From the NCBI RefSeq assembly GCF_009914755.1, contig NC_060942.1: a stretch of DNA of 64,000 nucleotides; one strand, written 5' to 3'. Positions within the stretch are counted from its first letter, which is position 1. Each line of letters opens with the position of its first letter. Source of the DNA: the human T2T-CHM13v2.0 reference genome, Homo sapiens. A program made the position numbers and the translations under genes. Positions 1 to 17,010 of the stretch are shown in pieces. The notes beneath the pieces are model-generated. The model did not search any database, was not told the DNA's origin, and saw only the letters and a list, made by a program, of their open reading frames with translations.

Positions 1-2009
1 GGAGAAGAAAGAGATGTTCGCATCCTTGTGCACTCAGTGAAAATCTGTTTACTACATGAACAGGTAGGGCAAAAAGATAACCTCCATAAATCATAAGAAT
101 TGCCAGAGAGCTGTGCTCAAATGCGGAAGAACAGAGCCCAGACTCATATTGATTTATGGATCTCATTGCACCTTTGGTTGGTCAAGTGTGAATTTGTTTT
201 TCTTCCTGCAATAATACAATAGATGCTTCTGATTATATTTGGTAGTCATTTCTGGAACATGCAGGGATTAGTTTCAATCATTAGAGAGTATGCTTCCCAA
301 CTTGGCCATCATGCAGGCTTCTGTGGTGTTCAGGGCACTGCTATCTAAAAGTTCTTGGAGGTCTTCTTTTCATGTTTTTTTCAATTAAACATAACTTTAC
401 CACCACAATCAAAAGTCTGATCATTATATTTCAGTATCTGAAATCACAATATATGCATTGAGCTTTATCTTTGCATTTAGAATTCACTAAATGATATAAA
501 TTCTCAATCCTCAGAATATAATCCTAACATGATATACGAGTTTAGTAGACGATAATTAATTTATCTTTTTAACTTTTTTATAAGCACCAGACAAAAGTGA
601 AAGAGAAAATTTGCTATTTTAGCATAATTTATTTAAATTACCCTAAGGCAAATGCTGATATAAGTCACATATTTAAAACAGCAATTATGATTACTTTCCA
701 TTGCTGTGTCCCATAGCAACAGTGACAAACATACTATGGATTTTGACAAGCAGACTCTTTTACATAGAATGGTGATAAACTTCTTTGTTATCACAAATAA
801 CTGTCTTGAGTTAGGCAGACAGTAACTTGCAAGTGAAATTTGAGGTGATAGTTTTTGGTAAGAGCAATGAGAATATAGTCTCTTAAATTCCAGGTAATTA
901 CGTGTCTCAAGGCTTAATAATTGGCTTAATAAATGAATAAATGGCTCTTTGGAATAACTGGATACTAGTTTATTAAATCGTTCATGAAGTTATGGTTAGT
1001 TTCACTTTGTGGAGGATTATAAGAGCACTTCTAAGTCCAACAAAACACTTTGAAAATGCGTTTTATTAATTCAAAAGAGGGCTGCAAAAGACACTGTGGA
1101 TGACAGAAAAAAAAATTGTCTCTCATTAAAGCAGTTGTAGCAACAGCTCCAGACAAAGAACTGAAACAAAATGAATACATTGAGGGTGTTTTCCTTAGGA
1201 AGGCAGTACTTTTAAAGGAGAATAGATACACGAGGCTTAGTTTTTCAAAACTGTTCATTCACAGAGAAATGTGAAACCCAAATGACCAGTCTTCATCGGT
1301 GGTAGCTCCTCTCTCTCAGTCACAGGTTAGTGTCCACCGCCTCTCATTTATGCCACTTCATTCTGTTACCGAGTAAATGCAGCATCATTTCATAGAGAAC
1401 TGATGTTAATAAAATTAGCTGGTCACACATTGGAGCATTTATTGAGATCCTCTGGTTGTACATTTCCAGATCACAGTCAAGAAAGAAAACAACCTGTAGA
1501 CCAATAAGAAAGTGCATCAAAAGCTGCAGGGGCAGCACATTTTTTTCTAACATCATCTCTTCTGGGAAACATTACCCTCCTGTGCTCTTCCAGACCATTG
1601 ATTCCATTCTGAAACCGTAAAAAAGAGATTATAAATCAAGAGAAAGAGGTACTGGTAGAATACTATGAATGGTTTATAAGTTATTTTGTGAACAAAATTG
1701 AGACCATTAGAGCTGGTGAGCAGCTTTCTACCTCTAATCATTTTTTCCATTAACTAAGTTTTGTTGTTTTTTTTTTTTTTGCCCTCTCTAGAGAGAATGG
1801 CATGATTTTTGTAGCTGTATCCTATAGTAGAATTCTAAAGCATCAAACAGGCAGTGTTTACCAATTTCTACCCACTTTGTATATCTTGTTAAGGTGTCAA
1901 CACCTAATATAGGTAAACCTTCCTTCTGACATCTCAGAGTACGAACCGCTGGTTAAACTGCTCTAATAAAACAGAGAAATATAATGAAAGTGGTAAGAGA
2001 CTAAAAGTT

Positions 2010-2230
2010 AGTTGACCTGGGTCCCAATCTTAGTTCTTCTCAGTCATTGGTATACCCTTAGGAAAAATTGTTTAATAAAATTGAGCCTCAGTTTCCTTCT
2101 AAGTACAATGGTAAATATGATGGCACGGACATCTCACAGGATGTTGCACAGAAAAAATAAGATTGCACGTATGAATTTTTAAAAAAAACTGGAAAACATT
2201 ATTGAATATTAAAGCATAGTATTTATTATC
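2010..2230 (+). mobile_element. MIR SINE relic
   Basis: Core-like TTGAGCCTCAGTTTCCTT...ATCTCACAGGATGTTG; boundaries approximate. Confidence 0.65.
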
Positions 2231-2369
2231 ATTTTTTATCCTGTTATTATTTCCATCATCATTTCTACATTGTTCTAAATTTCTACTCTCTCATTCCAGT
2301 GAATCTCATGCATATGTTGAGATTATCATCTTATTTCTTGCTTGCTATGTTCTTATTTCTCGGTTGTTA

Positions 2370-2916
2370 TGGGCGTCATCTGTTTCTGCCAACTAGCAGA
2401 CACATCCTCTTCTGGGTAATGGTTCTTCAATTTCTTTCTGGAACTATTCCGTTCCTTACCCTGAGTCTGTTCATATGTTTCCAGAGGCCCTGACTCTACC
2501 TCAGAGACAAATGAAGTGAATTAGGTATAAGCCAATCAGTGTTGCATTTCCTCAACTTCAAATATTTGTCCAAGAACTGACCTGCAATAAAACTTTAGCT
2601 GAAAATGCTGGGACACATTCTCTTGCTTTTTTTCTACTTGATATCAACTGGAAAGCATGTACCCCTGAGAACTAACAGCCATTCTGTGACTAAATTCAAC
2701 ACATGTCTGCGAGTGAAATATTCGCAGAGTTTGTAGGCCCAAGACATGAAAGACAAAAATCAGATTTTGCTGAAATGATTTGAAACCCTACATCAAGCTG
2801 TGACTGAATGCATACATGTTCCTGTACTGTTCTGTGATCCAGTGAGTTTTTTCCCTTTCTATAAGTCAGCTTTAGTTGTGTTTTATGTTATTTGCAAAGA
2901 AAATAACTCAAATACA
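2370..2916 (+). mobile_element. Degenerate MLT1-like (ERVL-MaLR) LTR
   Basis: 3' end GTTTTATGTTATTTGCAAAGAAAATAACTCAAATACA resembles an MLT1 terminus; 5' boundary uncertain. Confidence 0.4.
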
Positions 2917-2941
2917 AAAACTATGATTGTTTGAAAATAGA

Positions 2942-3135
2942 TACTATTTACTGTTTCTGTGTGTCAAGCACTCTCAGAAGACCTTTACACATATAAAGCC
3001 CACTTAATCCTCCCATACAGCTCTCTGAGATAGATATTATTTTTATCCCCAGATTTAAGATGAGAAAATTGAGATGCAACTTCTCAAAGTCACACAATTA
3101 GTAACGGGAGGAGCCAGTATTCAAACACAGAAGCC
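2942..3135 (-). mobile_element. MIR SINE relic
   Basis: CTTAATCCTC...TATCCCCAGATTTAAGATGAGAAAATTGAG...AAAGTCACACAATTAGTAA matches the reverse MIR core. Confidence 0.75.
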
Positions 3136-3337
3136 ATACCATTTTTTTTTTGTATGCAATAAGGATTCTATTTTTTAATGAAAAAATTCCTAACAACCCA
3201 CATTCAAGGAACAAGAAAATTATATGAGTAACTGAAATTCTTGGACAGTCTTGAATATTTTAACTATTTCAGCTCTGCTCTTGATCACATCACCTTCATG
3301 CAAGCCTGTGGAAACCAAAAAAAGAAAGACTCAATGC

Positions 3338-3445
3338 AAATTTCAATTTCACTTTGTTTTCCACTAGCCTAATGTAATCTGCTCTTCAGAAAATTGACCT
3401 GAGGACAGAGATTAGGCTAGTGAAAAACAAGTGAAATTTAAATTT
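3338..3445. repeat. Long imperfect inverted repeat (fold-back)
   Basis: Arms 3338-3373 and 3411-3445 are reverse complements (perfect core CACTAGCCTAAT/ATTAGGCTAGTG); inner stem 3378-3389/3399-3409; 9-nt loop. Confidence 0.9.
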
Positions 3446-3843
3446 TCCATAAGTGGCAAGTTAGATGGAGAAATTTTCTTCTGCTTACACTCATGGATTC
3501 CACTATACATAGCTTGCCCGAGTGGAACGTGAAGCTTTAGGAAATAACTATTCCAGAGTATCTCCTACCCTAGCTCCCACCCAGACACTCTGATTATTCC
3601 CCCCTCAATGCTGTCAACCATTCTCTGCTCCCTGCTGCTGACACAGGAGATCCTGTGGCTGAGAACCCAGAAAAGGGCACAGAAGGAGAGCTAGCTGCTT
3701 GGTACCTGGTGGAAACTTACAAATCCAGAAGAGAATGGGGTTATAATAAAAAGTTACAAATTCCTGTCAGTCTGGTTCTTATGGACTATTAAAATACCTA
3801 GAACTTTACACTACTATATTAGGACACTTTGAAAGAAAGTTTC

Positions 3844-4287
<444 letters not shown>

Positions 4288-5589
4288 TTAAGATAACATT
4301 GATATATGAATTATTTTTCCCTGACCAAAAGGAAGCTCTTTCCAGTCAATTGACACTCAGTCTTGAGTGTCTGAATGTCTTGCAGTTAAATTGTTAGAAA
4401 ATGACATTGAAAGTGGGAAAGGTTTTTTTCTCTTTTGCCTCTCTTCTAACTTTAATACACTAAACGTATTTTCAGTTACTTTATAAACTTGAAATAAATG
4501 CTTAACATAAATTTTCATTAAAATTCAGAATGATTTTCAACATCAGATTCTAACTCTAATGTTCATCATAAGTCCATTTTAAATAACAATAGTAATTCTC
4601 ACTGTCTTCTTTTCTGAAGCACAAAACCACTACTGTCTTCAAGAGGAGAATGAGACACTAATTCATGTCCCATTACATCTTGGTTGGATTACTGCAGTTC
4701 ATTATAGACTTTCTTGCCTGTTTACTTAGGCAATAAATCTTGTCATTACATATACTACATATCTCAGGTTCAAGATAACTGCACAAAGGCTGTATTGCTA
4801 TTATAAACCTTTAATTTAAAAATCCATAATTGAAGAAGGGCAAATATGTGGTTGAGGCTTGAAGCATTGGTCATTTGGAGGCACTCCAATGTTGAACTGC
4901 ACTTGCTCCAAGTAATAATTTCAGAGGTGAGATAAGAAGGGTGATGAGGCCATGGGTCTAAACAGAACCAAATCCCTAAGAGACAATGTTGTCTCATATC
5001 TAGAGCCTCATACCTCTGCTTCTACCTATTAACATTGGTAAGACCCTTATTGCCAAGATAAAAACAAAGGCTGCAAAAATCAAGTAGAAAGGTTTAGCAG
5101 ATAAGAAGCACAAACAGACACTTTGTCAACCCTTGAATGCTGATGTTGGTTCCCTCGGGATTTTTCAAATTCACCAAACTTTTATGCTGAAAATTAATGA
5201 AGAGTAGTTATTTAAAAAATCAAACCCTCATGCCTTTCACCTTCTTTAGACATCTTTCAAAGTGAATATTAAAAATGGCCCAGTGTTTATTAAGTGTTGG
5301 ACACACTGCTAAATACTTAAGTACTCACATCTCTTGCAAGAGTCCCTTAAAATGGTGTGTGGGTGGGGGGAACGACATTACTTAAAATATAATTGAATTA
5401 AGTGTGAATTTAAATTATTAATTTGTTGATAAGTAGATTAATAAATTAATTTATTCTCTGGAGCTGAAATTGAGATGAAGTTTAGATAACATGTCTATCT
5501 AATCTTAAAGCTACACCATGACCATTGATGTTGGTCTCAAACACACAGGTACAGTTTTATGCTATTTCCATTTGTTAAATCCTTGAACC

Positions 5590-5770
5590 GACCTGATTGT
5601 TCTAGAGGAGTTGGGCTTCAGCTCTCTTTCCTCAAAACCATTCATACTCTCTCCAGGTAATTTAATTTCTCCTTCTTTAAGCTTCAACTTCTACCTCTTC
5701 AACTGCAACTTTTAAATTTATATCTCTAGCTCTAATCTCTCTTCTGTCTTCCAGAATTATGTTGCCAACT
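5590..5770 (+). mobile_element. L2 LINE fragment
   Basis: AATTTATATCTCTAGCTCTAATCTCTCTTCTG resembles the L2 ORF2 3' region. Confidence 0.5.
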
Positions 5771-5789
5771 TTATTTTTTTAATCTTTTG

Positions 5790-6768
5790 AGTTGTTTTTA
5801 AATTTTTTACTTTGAAATAATTTTAAACTTACTAAAGACTTTCAAAGAGAGTACAGAGAGGCCACAGATACCCTTCACCCACTTTCCCCTAATGTTGACC
5901 TCTTTTCTAACTATTATCACATTAATAATTATCACAACTATCATAATTAGCATTGGTGGCTGGGCGTGGTGGCTCACATCTGTAATCCCAGCACTTTGGG
6001 AGGCCAAGGCGAGAGGATGACTTGAGCCCAGGTGTTCAAGACCAGTCTGGGCAACATGATGAAACCCCATCTCTACAACAAATACAAAAATTATCTGGGT
6101 GTGGTGGTAAGCACCTATAATCCCAGCTGTTCAGGAGGCTGAGGCTGGAGGATAGATTGAGCCCAGGAGGTTAAGACTGCAGTGAGCTATGATTATGCCA
6201 CTGCACTACAGCCTGGGCAACAGAGTGAGACCCTGTTTCGAAGAAGGAGAAGGAGGAAAAGGAGGAGAAATAAATTAGCACTGGTGCAAAGCTCTTAACT
6301 AAATTACAGACATTTTTGAATTTGTTTAGTTTTCCACGAATGTTTTTCTTTGTAGAATAATCCAATCTAAGACACCACATTGCATTTAGTCTCTTCTGGT
6401 GTGTGACAGCTTCTCAATCTAAGTTTTTCATGACCTTCAAACTTGCAATCAGTTACTTTGTTTTTTTTTTTTTTTTGACTTTTTCTCATGATTAGACTGA
6501 TGTTATGGATATTTGGAAAGAATACCAAAGAAAGAAGTGTCTTTCTCACTTCATCTTATCTTATGTCTCATTATTTGTGATGTTAACCTTGGCAACTTGG
6601 TAAAGGGAGTTTCTTCCAGGTTTCTCCAATATGAAGCTACTATTTTTTATCTTCCATGCTCCACTTTTAAAAATTGAGTCCCTAAGTCCAGTACACACAA
6701 AAAGGGAGAGAAATTAAGTTTCAATTCCTGAAGGGAGACCTGTGAAAATGTTTTTCAACATCATATGT
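5790..6768 (-). mobile_element. L1MC4-like 3' region, left part
   Basis: TTTGAAATAATTTTAAACTTAC...ATACCCTTCACC and CACCACATTGCATTTAG motifs; continues after 17404. Confidence 0.65.
5958..6272 (+). mobile_element. AluJ-type SINE
   Basis: GGATGACTTGAGCCCAGG, GAGACCCTGT, GA-rich tail; TSD AATTAGCA[T/C]TGGT (5945-5957/6273-6285). Confidence 0.92.
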
Positions 6769-7850
6769 TAATAAAAGCAGAGCAGAAAACAGATTAAAAC
6801 GGCAAGTAGGAGGCAGGACTAGCTTGCAGCTCCCACTTGGACAGACGGAGCAGTGTGTGAAGACTCACATCATGAACTTTTGCTCACGAACTACTTCAGG
6901 AACGTATGAGGAAACTGGAGAGAATCCAGAGACCTTTCGAAGGAACTGGATTATCCCTGAAGGCTTCCTGAGATGCCAAAAAACTGTGAATCTGCTTGCT
7001 TTCTCAATGCGGAGGCTTGTGGTCTGGGGCAAGTTCTCAGCACTGGTCACTGGCTGCCTGGAAAGAGGCTGAGTGCTGTTGGGGGTGCACTGTAGGAGTG
7101 AGATTGGCCTTCAGGACAGCAGGCTGCATGGGAGTGGGATGAGGCCTGTGACTGCCGGCTTTCCTCACTTTCCTGGCAACCTGTATGACTCAGCAGAGGC
7201 AGCCATAATCCTCCTGGGAATATAACTTCACTGGACTGGGAACCACAATCCCAGCAGCAGCCTCACTCAAGGAGAGGCTGAGCTCAGACACACCTATCTC
7301 TAATCCCACCTGATAGTCTTTCTCTACCTGCCCTGGTAGCCAAAGACAAAGGTCATAATCTCTTGGGAGCCCTATGGCCTTACATACAGCTGAGAAACTG
7401 GAATACTTAACCAGGTGTCCTTAGGGCAAATTTGTGCCCTCCCTATAAGATCACAGCTGATGCACTCTTGAAAGCACCACCTAGCCAGAGGACAATCAAC
7501 TCAAAACCAGTGCACTAAACAAAAATACAATCAAAGACTCTCACAGAGTCCTCTTCACTCCCCGGCTACGTCCACCAGAGCAGGTGCTGGTATCCACAGA
7601 TGCAAGACCTGATGACAGATCACATCACAGGACTTTTGGCAGACACCCCCCAGTACCAACCTGGAGCCCAGTAGCTCCACTGGGTGGCTAGGCTCAGAAA
7701 AGCAAAAACAATCACTGCAATTCAGCTCCCAGGAAACCCCATTGCTAGGCAAAGCAGGAGAACACCACATCAAGGGAGCAGACTGTGGGACAAAAGAATC
7801 TGAACAGTAGCCCTTGAAGCCCAGATATTCCTCTGACATAGTCTATCCAA

Positions 7851-8880
7851 ATGAGAAGGAACCAGAAAAATAATTTTGATAACATGACATAACAAGGTTT
7901 TTAAAACCCCCACAAAAATTATACCAGCTCACCAGCAATGGATCCAACAAAGAAGAACTCTATGAATTGCCAGAAAAAGAATTCAGAAGGTCAATTATTA
8001 AGCTAATCAAGGAGGCACCAGAGAAAAATGAAGTCCAACTTAAACAAATCAAATCATGATACAGGATATGAAAGGAAAGATCTTCAATGAAATAGAGTAT
8101 AAATAAAACAACAATCATAACTTCTGGAAATCCAGGACACACCTAGAGAAATGCAAAATGCACTGGGAAGTCTCAGCAATGGAATTGAGCAAGCAGAAGA
8201 AAGAACTTCAGAGCTTAAAGACAAGGCGTTTGAATTTACCAAATCCAAGAAATACAAAGAAAAAATAATTTTAAAAAATGAACAAGCCTCCAAGAAGTTT
8301 GGGACTATGTTAAACATCCAAACCTAAGAATAATTGGTGATCCTGAGGAAGAAAAGAAATCTAAAAGTTTGAAAAACCTATTTCAGGGAATAATTGAGGA
8401 AAACTTCTCCAGTCTTGCTAGAGATCTAGACATCCAAATACAAGAAACTCAAAGAACACCTGGGAAATTCATCACAAAAAGATTGTTGCCTAGGCACATG
8501 GTCATCAGGTTATCTAAAGTCAAGACAAAGGAAAGAATCTTAAGACCTGTAAGGCAAAAGCATCGGATAACTTATAAAGGAAAACCTATCAGATTAACAG
8601 CAGATTTCTCAGCAGAAACCCTACAAGCTAGAAGGGATTGGGGTCTTATTTTTAGCCTCCTTAAACAAAAGAATTATCAGCCAAGAATTTTGTATCCAGT
8701 GAAATTAAGCTCTATAAATGAAGGAAAGATAAAGTCTTTCCCAGACAAACAAATGCTGAGAAAATTCGCCACTGCCAAGCCAGCACTACAAGAACTGCTA
8801 AAAGGAGCTCTAAATCTTGAAACAAATCCTCAAAATATGCAAAATAGAAACTCCTTAAAGCATAAATCTCACAGGACCTA
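7851..8880 (+). pseudogene. Disrupted L1 ORF1p
   Basis: Starts MRRNQKNN; ORF 8369-8938 gives KGKPIRLTADFSAETLQARRDW...YQPRILYP (ORF1p C-terminus); upstream stops and frameshifts. Confidence 0.9.
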
Positions 8881-8934
8881 TATAATAATAATAAAATTAA
8901 AAAAAAGGGAGGTATTCAGGCAACAGTTAGAAGG

Positions 8935-10230
8935 ATGAATAGAATAGGACTTCACATCTCAACACTAATAGTGAATGTAAATGGCCTAAATACTCCACTT
9001 AAAAAATACAGAATGGCAGAATGAATAAGAATTCACCAACCAAGTTTCTGCTGTCTTCAGGAGACTGACCTAACACATAAGGACTCACATAAACTTCAGG
9101 TAAAGGGGTGGAAAAAGATATTCCATGCAAATGGACACCACAAGTGAGCAAAAGTGGCTCTTCTTATATCAGACAAATTAGACTTTAAAGAAACAACAGT
9201 TAAAAAAGACAAAGAGAGATATTATATAATGATAAAAGGACAGTCCAACTGGAGTATACCACAATTCTAAATATATACATGCACCTAACACTGGAGCTCC
9301 CAAATTTATAAAACTATTACTACTAGACCTAAGAAATCAGATAGATGGCAACATAAGGTGGGGGGTGGGAACATTAATACTCCACTGACAGCACTAGACA
9401 GGCCATCAAGACAGAAAGTCAACAAAGAAACAATGGATTTAAACTATACCCTACAATAAATCGACTTAACAGATATTTAGAGAGCATTCTACCCAACAAC
9501 TGCAGAATATACATTCTATTCATCAGCACATGGAACATTCTTCAAGATAGATCATATCATGGACCACAAAACAAGTCTCAGTAAATTTAAGAAAATTGAA
9601 ATTATATCAAGTACTCTCTCAGACCACAGTGGAACAAAACTGAAAATCAACTCCAAAAGGAACCCTCAGGTTGGGCATGGTGGTTCATGCCTGTAATCCC
9701 AGCACACTGGGAGGCTAAGGCAGGCAGATCACCCGAGGTCAGGAGTTTCAGACAAGCCGGCCAACATGGCGAAACCCTGTCTCCACTAAAAATACAAAAA
9801 TTAGCTAGACATGGGTGACAAAATGAGAATCCATCAAAACGAAAGAAAACAAACTAAACTAAAAACAATAGGAACACTCAAAATCATGCAAATACATGGA
9901 AATTAAATAACCTGCTCCTGAATGATCATTGGATCAACAATGAAATCAAGATGGAAATTAAAAAAATATTTTAACTAAACAGTAATATTAACACAACCTA
10001 TCAAAACTTCTGGGATATAACAAAAGCAGTGCCAAAAGGAGAGTTCATAACATTAAATGCCTACACCAAAAAGTCTGAAACAGCACAAATAGACAATCTA
10101 AGGTCAACCTCACGGAACTGGAGAAACAAGAACATTCCAAACCCAAACCCAGCATAAAAAAGAAATAACAAAGACCAGAGCAGAACTAAGTAAAATTGAA
10201 ACTAACAAACAAACAAATACAAAAGAAAAT
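8935..10230 (+). pseudogene. Disrupted L1PB ORF2 endonuclease region
   Basis: MNRIGLHISTLIVNVNGLNTPLKKYR, CCLQETDL, SDH motifs; in-frame stops. Confidence 0.85.
9669..9866 (+). mobile_element. AluS with most of the right monomer deleted
   Basis: Left monomer joined at TTAGCTAGACATGG|GTGACA to the Alu 3' end; TSD AAAAGGAACCCTCA/AATAGGAACACTCA (9655-9668/9867-9880). Confidence 0.9.
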
Positions 10231-13959
<3,729 letters not shown>

Positions 13960-14372
13960 GAGGGAGCATATTCTAAAATAACAATAAAATTATAATATAG
14001 CAAATGCATAAACCAAAAAAAAAGAAGAAAATGGAACAAAAAGTTGGTTCTTTTAAAAGATAAATAAAATCGATAGAAACAAATCCTTGAAATACACCAA
14101 AATAGAACCTCCTTAAAGCATAAATCTAATAGGATCTATAAAACAATAACACAATGAAAAAAGGTATTCAGGTAATAAATAGCACAATTACTAGAATAGC
14201 ACCTCACACCTCAATACTAACATTGAGTGTAAATGGCTTAAATGCTCCAATTAAAAGACACAGAATGGCAGAATGGATAAGAATTCACCAATATAGTTTT
14301 TGCTGTCTTCAGGAGACTGACCTAACACATACGGACTCACAGAAATTTAAGGTAAAGGGGCAGAGAAAGATA

Positions 14373-16964
14373 AGTGAGATTGATGAAGAATAAAAGAGAG
14401 AAGATCCAAATAAGCTCAATTAGAAATGAAAGGGGAGCTATTACAACTGATACCACAGTGATACCACAGAAATACAAAAGATTATTCAAGGCTACTATGA
14501 ACACCTTTACATGCATAAACTAGAAAACTTAATGGAGATGGATAAATTCCTGGAAGCATACAACCCTCCTAGGTTAAACCAGGAAAATATAGAATCTCTG
14601 AACAGACCAATAACAAGCAGCAAGCTTGAAATGGTAATTAAGAATTTGCCAACAAAAAAAAATCCAGGAATAGATGGATTTACAGCTGAATTCTATCAAA
14701 CATTCAAAGAAGAGTTGGTACCAATCTTTTTGACACTATTTCAAAAAATAAACAAAGAGGAAATCCTCCTTAAATGATTCTATGAAGCCAGTATTACCCA
14801 AATACCAAAACCAGAAAAGGACATAATAAAAAAAGAAAACTACAGACCGGTATCCCTGATGAACATATACGCAAAAAATCCTCAACAAAATGCTAGCAAA
14901 TTGAATCCAACAGCATATCAAAAAGATAATCCACCATGATCAAGTGGGTTTCATAACAGGGATGCAGGGATGATTTAACATATGTAAGTTAATAAATGTG
15001 ATACACCACATAAACAGAATTAGAAACAAAAATCACATGATCATCTCAAGAGACACAGAAAAACCGTTTGACAAAATCCAGCATCCCTTTATGATTAAAA
15101 CCCTTCAGCAAAATCGGCATGAAAGAGACATACCTTAAGGCAATAAAAGCCATCTATGACAAACCCGTAGCCAACATTATACTGAACAGGGAAAAGTTGA
15201 AAGCCTTCACCCTGACACCCAGAACAAGACGAGGATGCCCACTTTCACCACTTCTATTCAACGTAGTACTGGAAGTCCTAGCCAGAGCAATCAGACAAGA
15301 GAAAGAAATAAAGGGCATCCAAATCCATAAAGAGGAAGTGAAACTGTCACTGTTTTCTGATAAAATGATCATATACCTAGAAAACCCTAAAGACTCATCA
15401 AAGAAGCTCTTAGAGCTGGTAAATAAATTCAGCAAAGATTCAGGATACAAAATTAATGTACACAGATCAGTAGCTCTGCTATACACCAACAGCAACCAAG
15501 CTGAGAATTTAATCAAGAACTCAACCCCTTTCACAATAGATGCAAAAATAAAATTAAAAAAATAAAATACAATACTTAGGAATATACCTAACAAAGGACA
15601 TGAAAGACCTCTACAAGGAAAACTACAAAACACTGCTGAAAGAAATCTTAGATGACTCAAACAAATGGAAGCACATTCCATGCTCATGGATGGGTAGAAT
15701 CAATATTGTGAAAATGACCATACTGCTAAAAACAATCTACAAACTCAATGCAATTCTCATCAAAATACCACTATCATTCTTCACAGAACTAGAAAAAAAA
15801 TCCTAAAATTCATATGCAACCAACAAAGAGTCAATAAAGCCAAAGCAAGACTAAGCAAATAGAACAAATCTGGAGGCATCACATTACCCAACTTCACTAT
15901 AAGGCCATAGTCACCAAAACAGTATGGTGTTGGTATAAAAATTGGCACATAGACCAATAGAACAGAATAGAGAACCCAGAAATAAAACCAAATACTTAGA
16001 GCCAACTTACTTTTGACAAGTGAACAAAAGCATAAAATGAGGAAAGGTTACCCTATTCAATAAATGGTGCTGGGATAATTGCCAAGCCACATACAGAAGA
16101 ATGAAACTGGATCCTCATCTCTCACCCTACACAAAAACTAACTCAAGATGGATTAAACACTTAAATCTAAGATATGAAACCATAAAGATTCTAGAAGATA
16201 ACATTGGAAAAACCCTTCTAGACCTTGGCTTAGGCAAAGACTTTATGACCACGAACCCAAAAGCAAATGCAACAAAAACAAAGATAAATAGATTGGACTT
16301 AGTTAAACTAAAAAGCTGCACAGCAAAAATAATAATAATCATCATCGGCAGCAGCAGAGTTAACAGACAACCCACAGAGTGGGAGAAAATCTTCACAATC
16401 TATATATCTGACAAAGGACTAATGTCTAGAATGTACAAAGAACTCAAACAAATCAGCAAGAACAAAAACAATCCCAACAAAATGTTGGACAAAGACATGA
16501 ATAGACAATTCTCGAAAGAAGATGTACAAATGGCTTACAAGCATATGGAAAAATGCTCAACACCAGTAATTATCAGGGAAATGTGAATCAAAACTACAAT
16601 GCAATACCACCTCATTCCTGCAAGAATGACCATAATCAAAGAAAGAATAATAGTTGTTGAGGACATGGTGAAAACAGAACACTTCACTGTTGGTGGGAAG
16701 GTAAACTAGTACAATGACTATGGAAAACAGAGTAGAGATTCATTAAAGAACTAAAAGTACATCTACTGTTTGTTCCAGCATTCCCACTACTAGATATCTA
16801 CCCAGAGGAAAAGAAACCATTACACACACACACACACACAAATTCCACATCCATGTTTATAGCAGCACAGTTTGCAATTGCAAAAAATATGGAACCAGCC
16901 CAAATGCCCATCAATCAATGAGTGGATAAAGAAAATGTTGTATAGACACACACACAGACACACA

Positions 16965-17010
<46 letters not shown>

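Noticed and set aside
5440-5455. Perfect 16-bp palindrome AATAAATTAATTTATT
   Set aside because: A/T only, in AT-rich DNA; plausible by chance.
14448-14469. 11-bp tandem duplication TGATACCACAG (similar short duplications near 33046-33069 and 44184-44216)
   Set aside because: Ordinary slippage micro-duplications.
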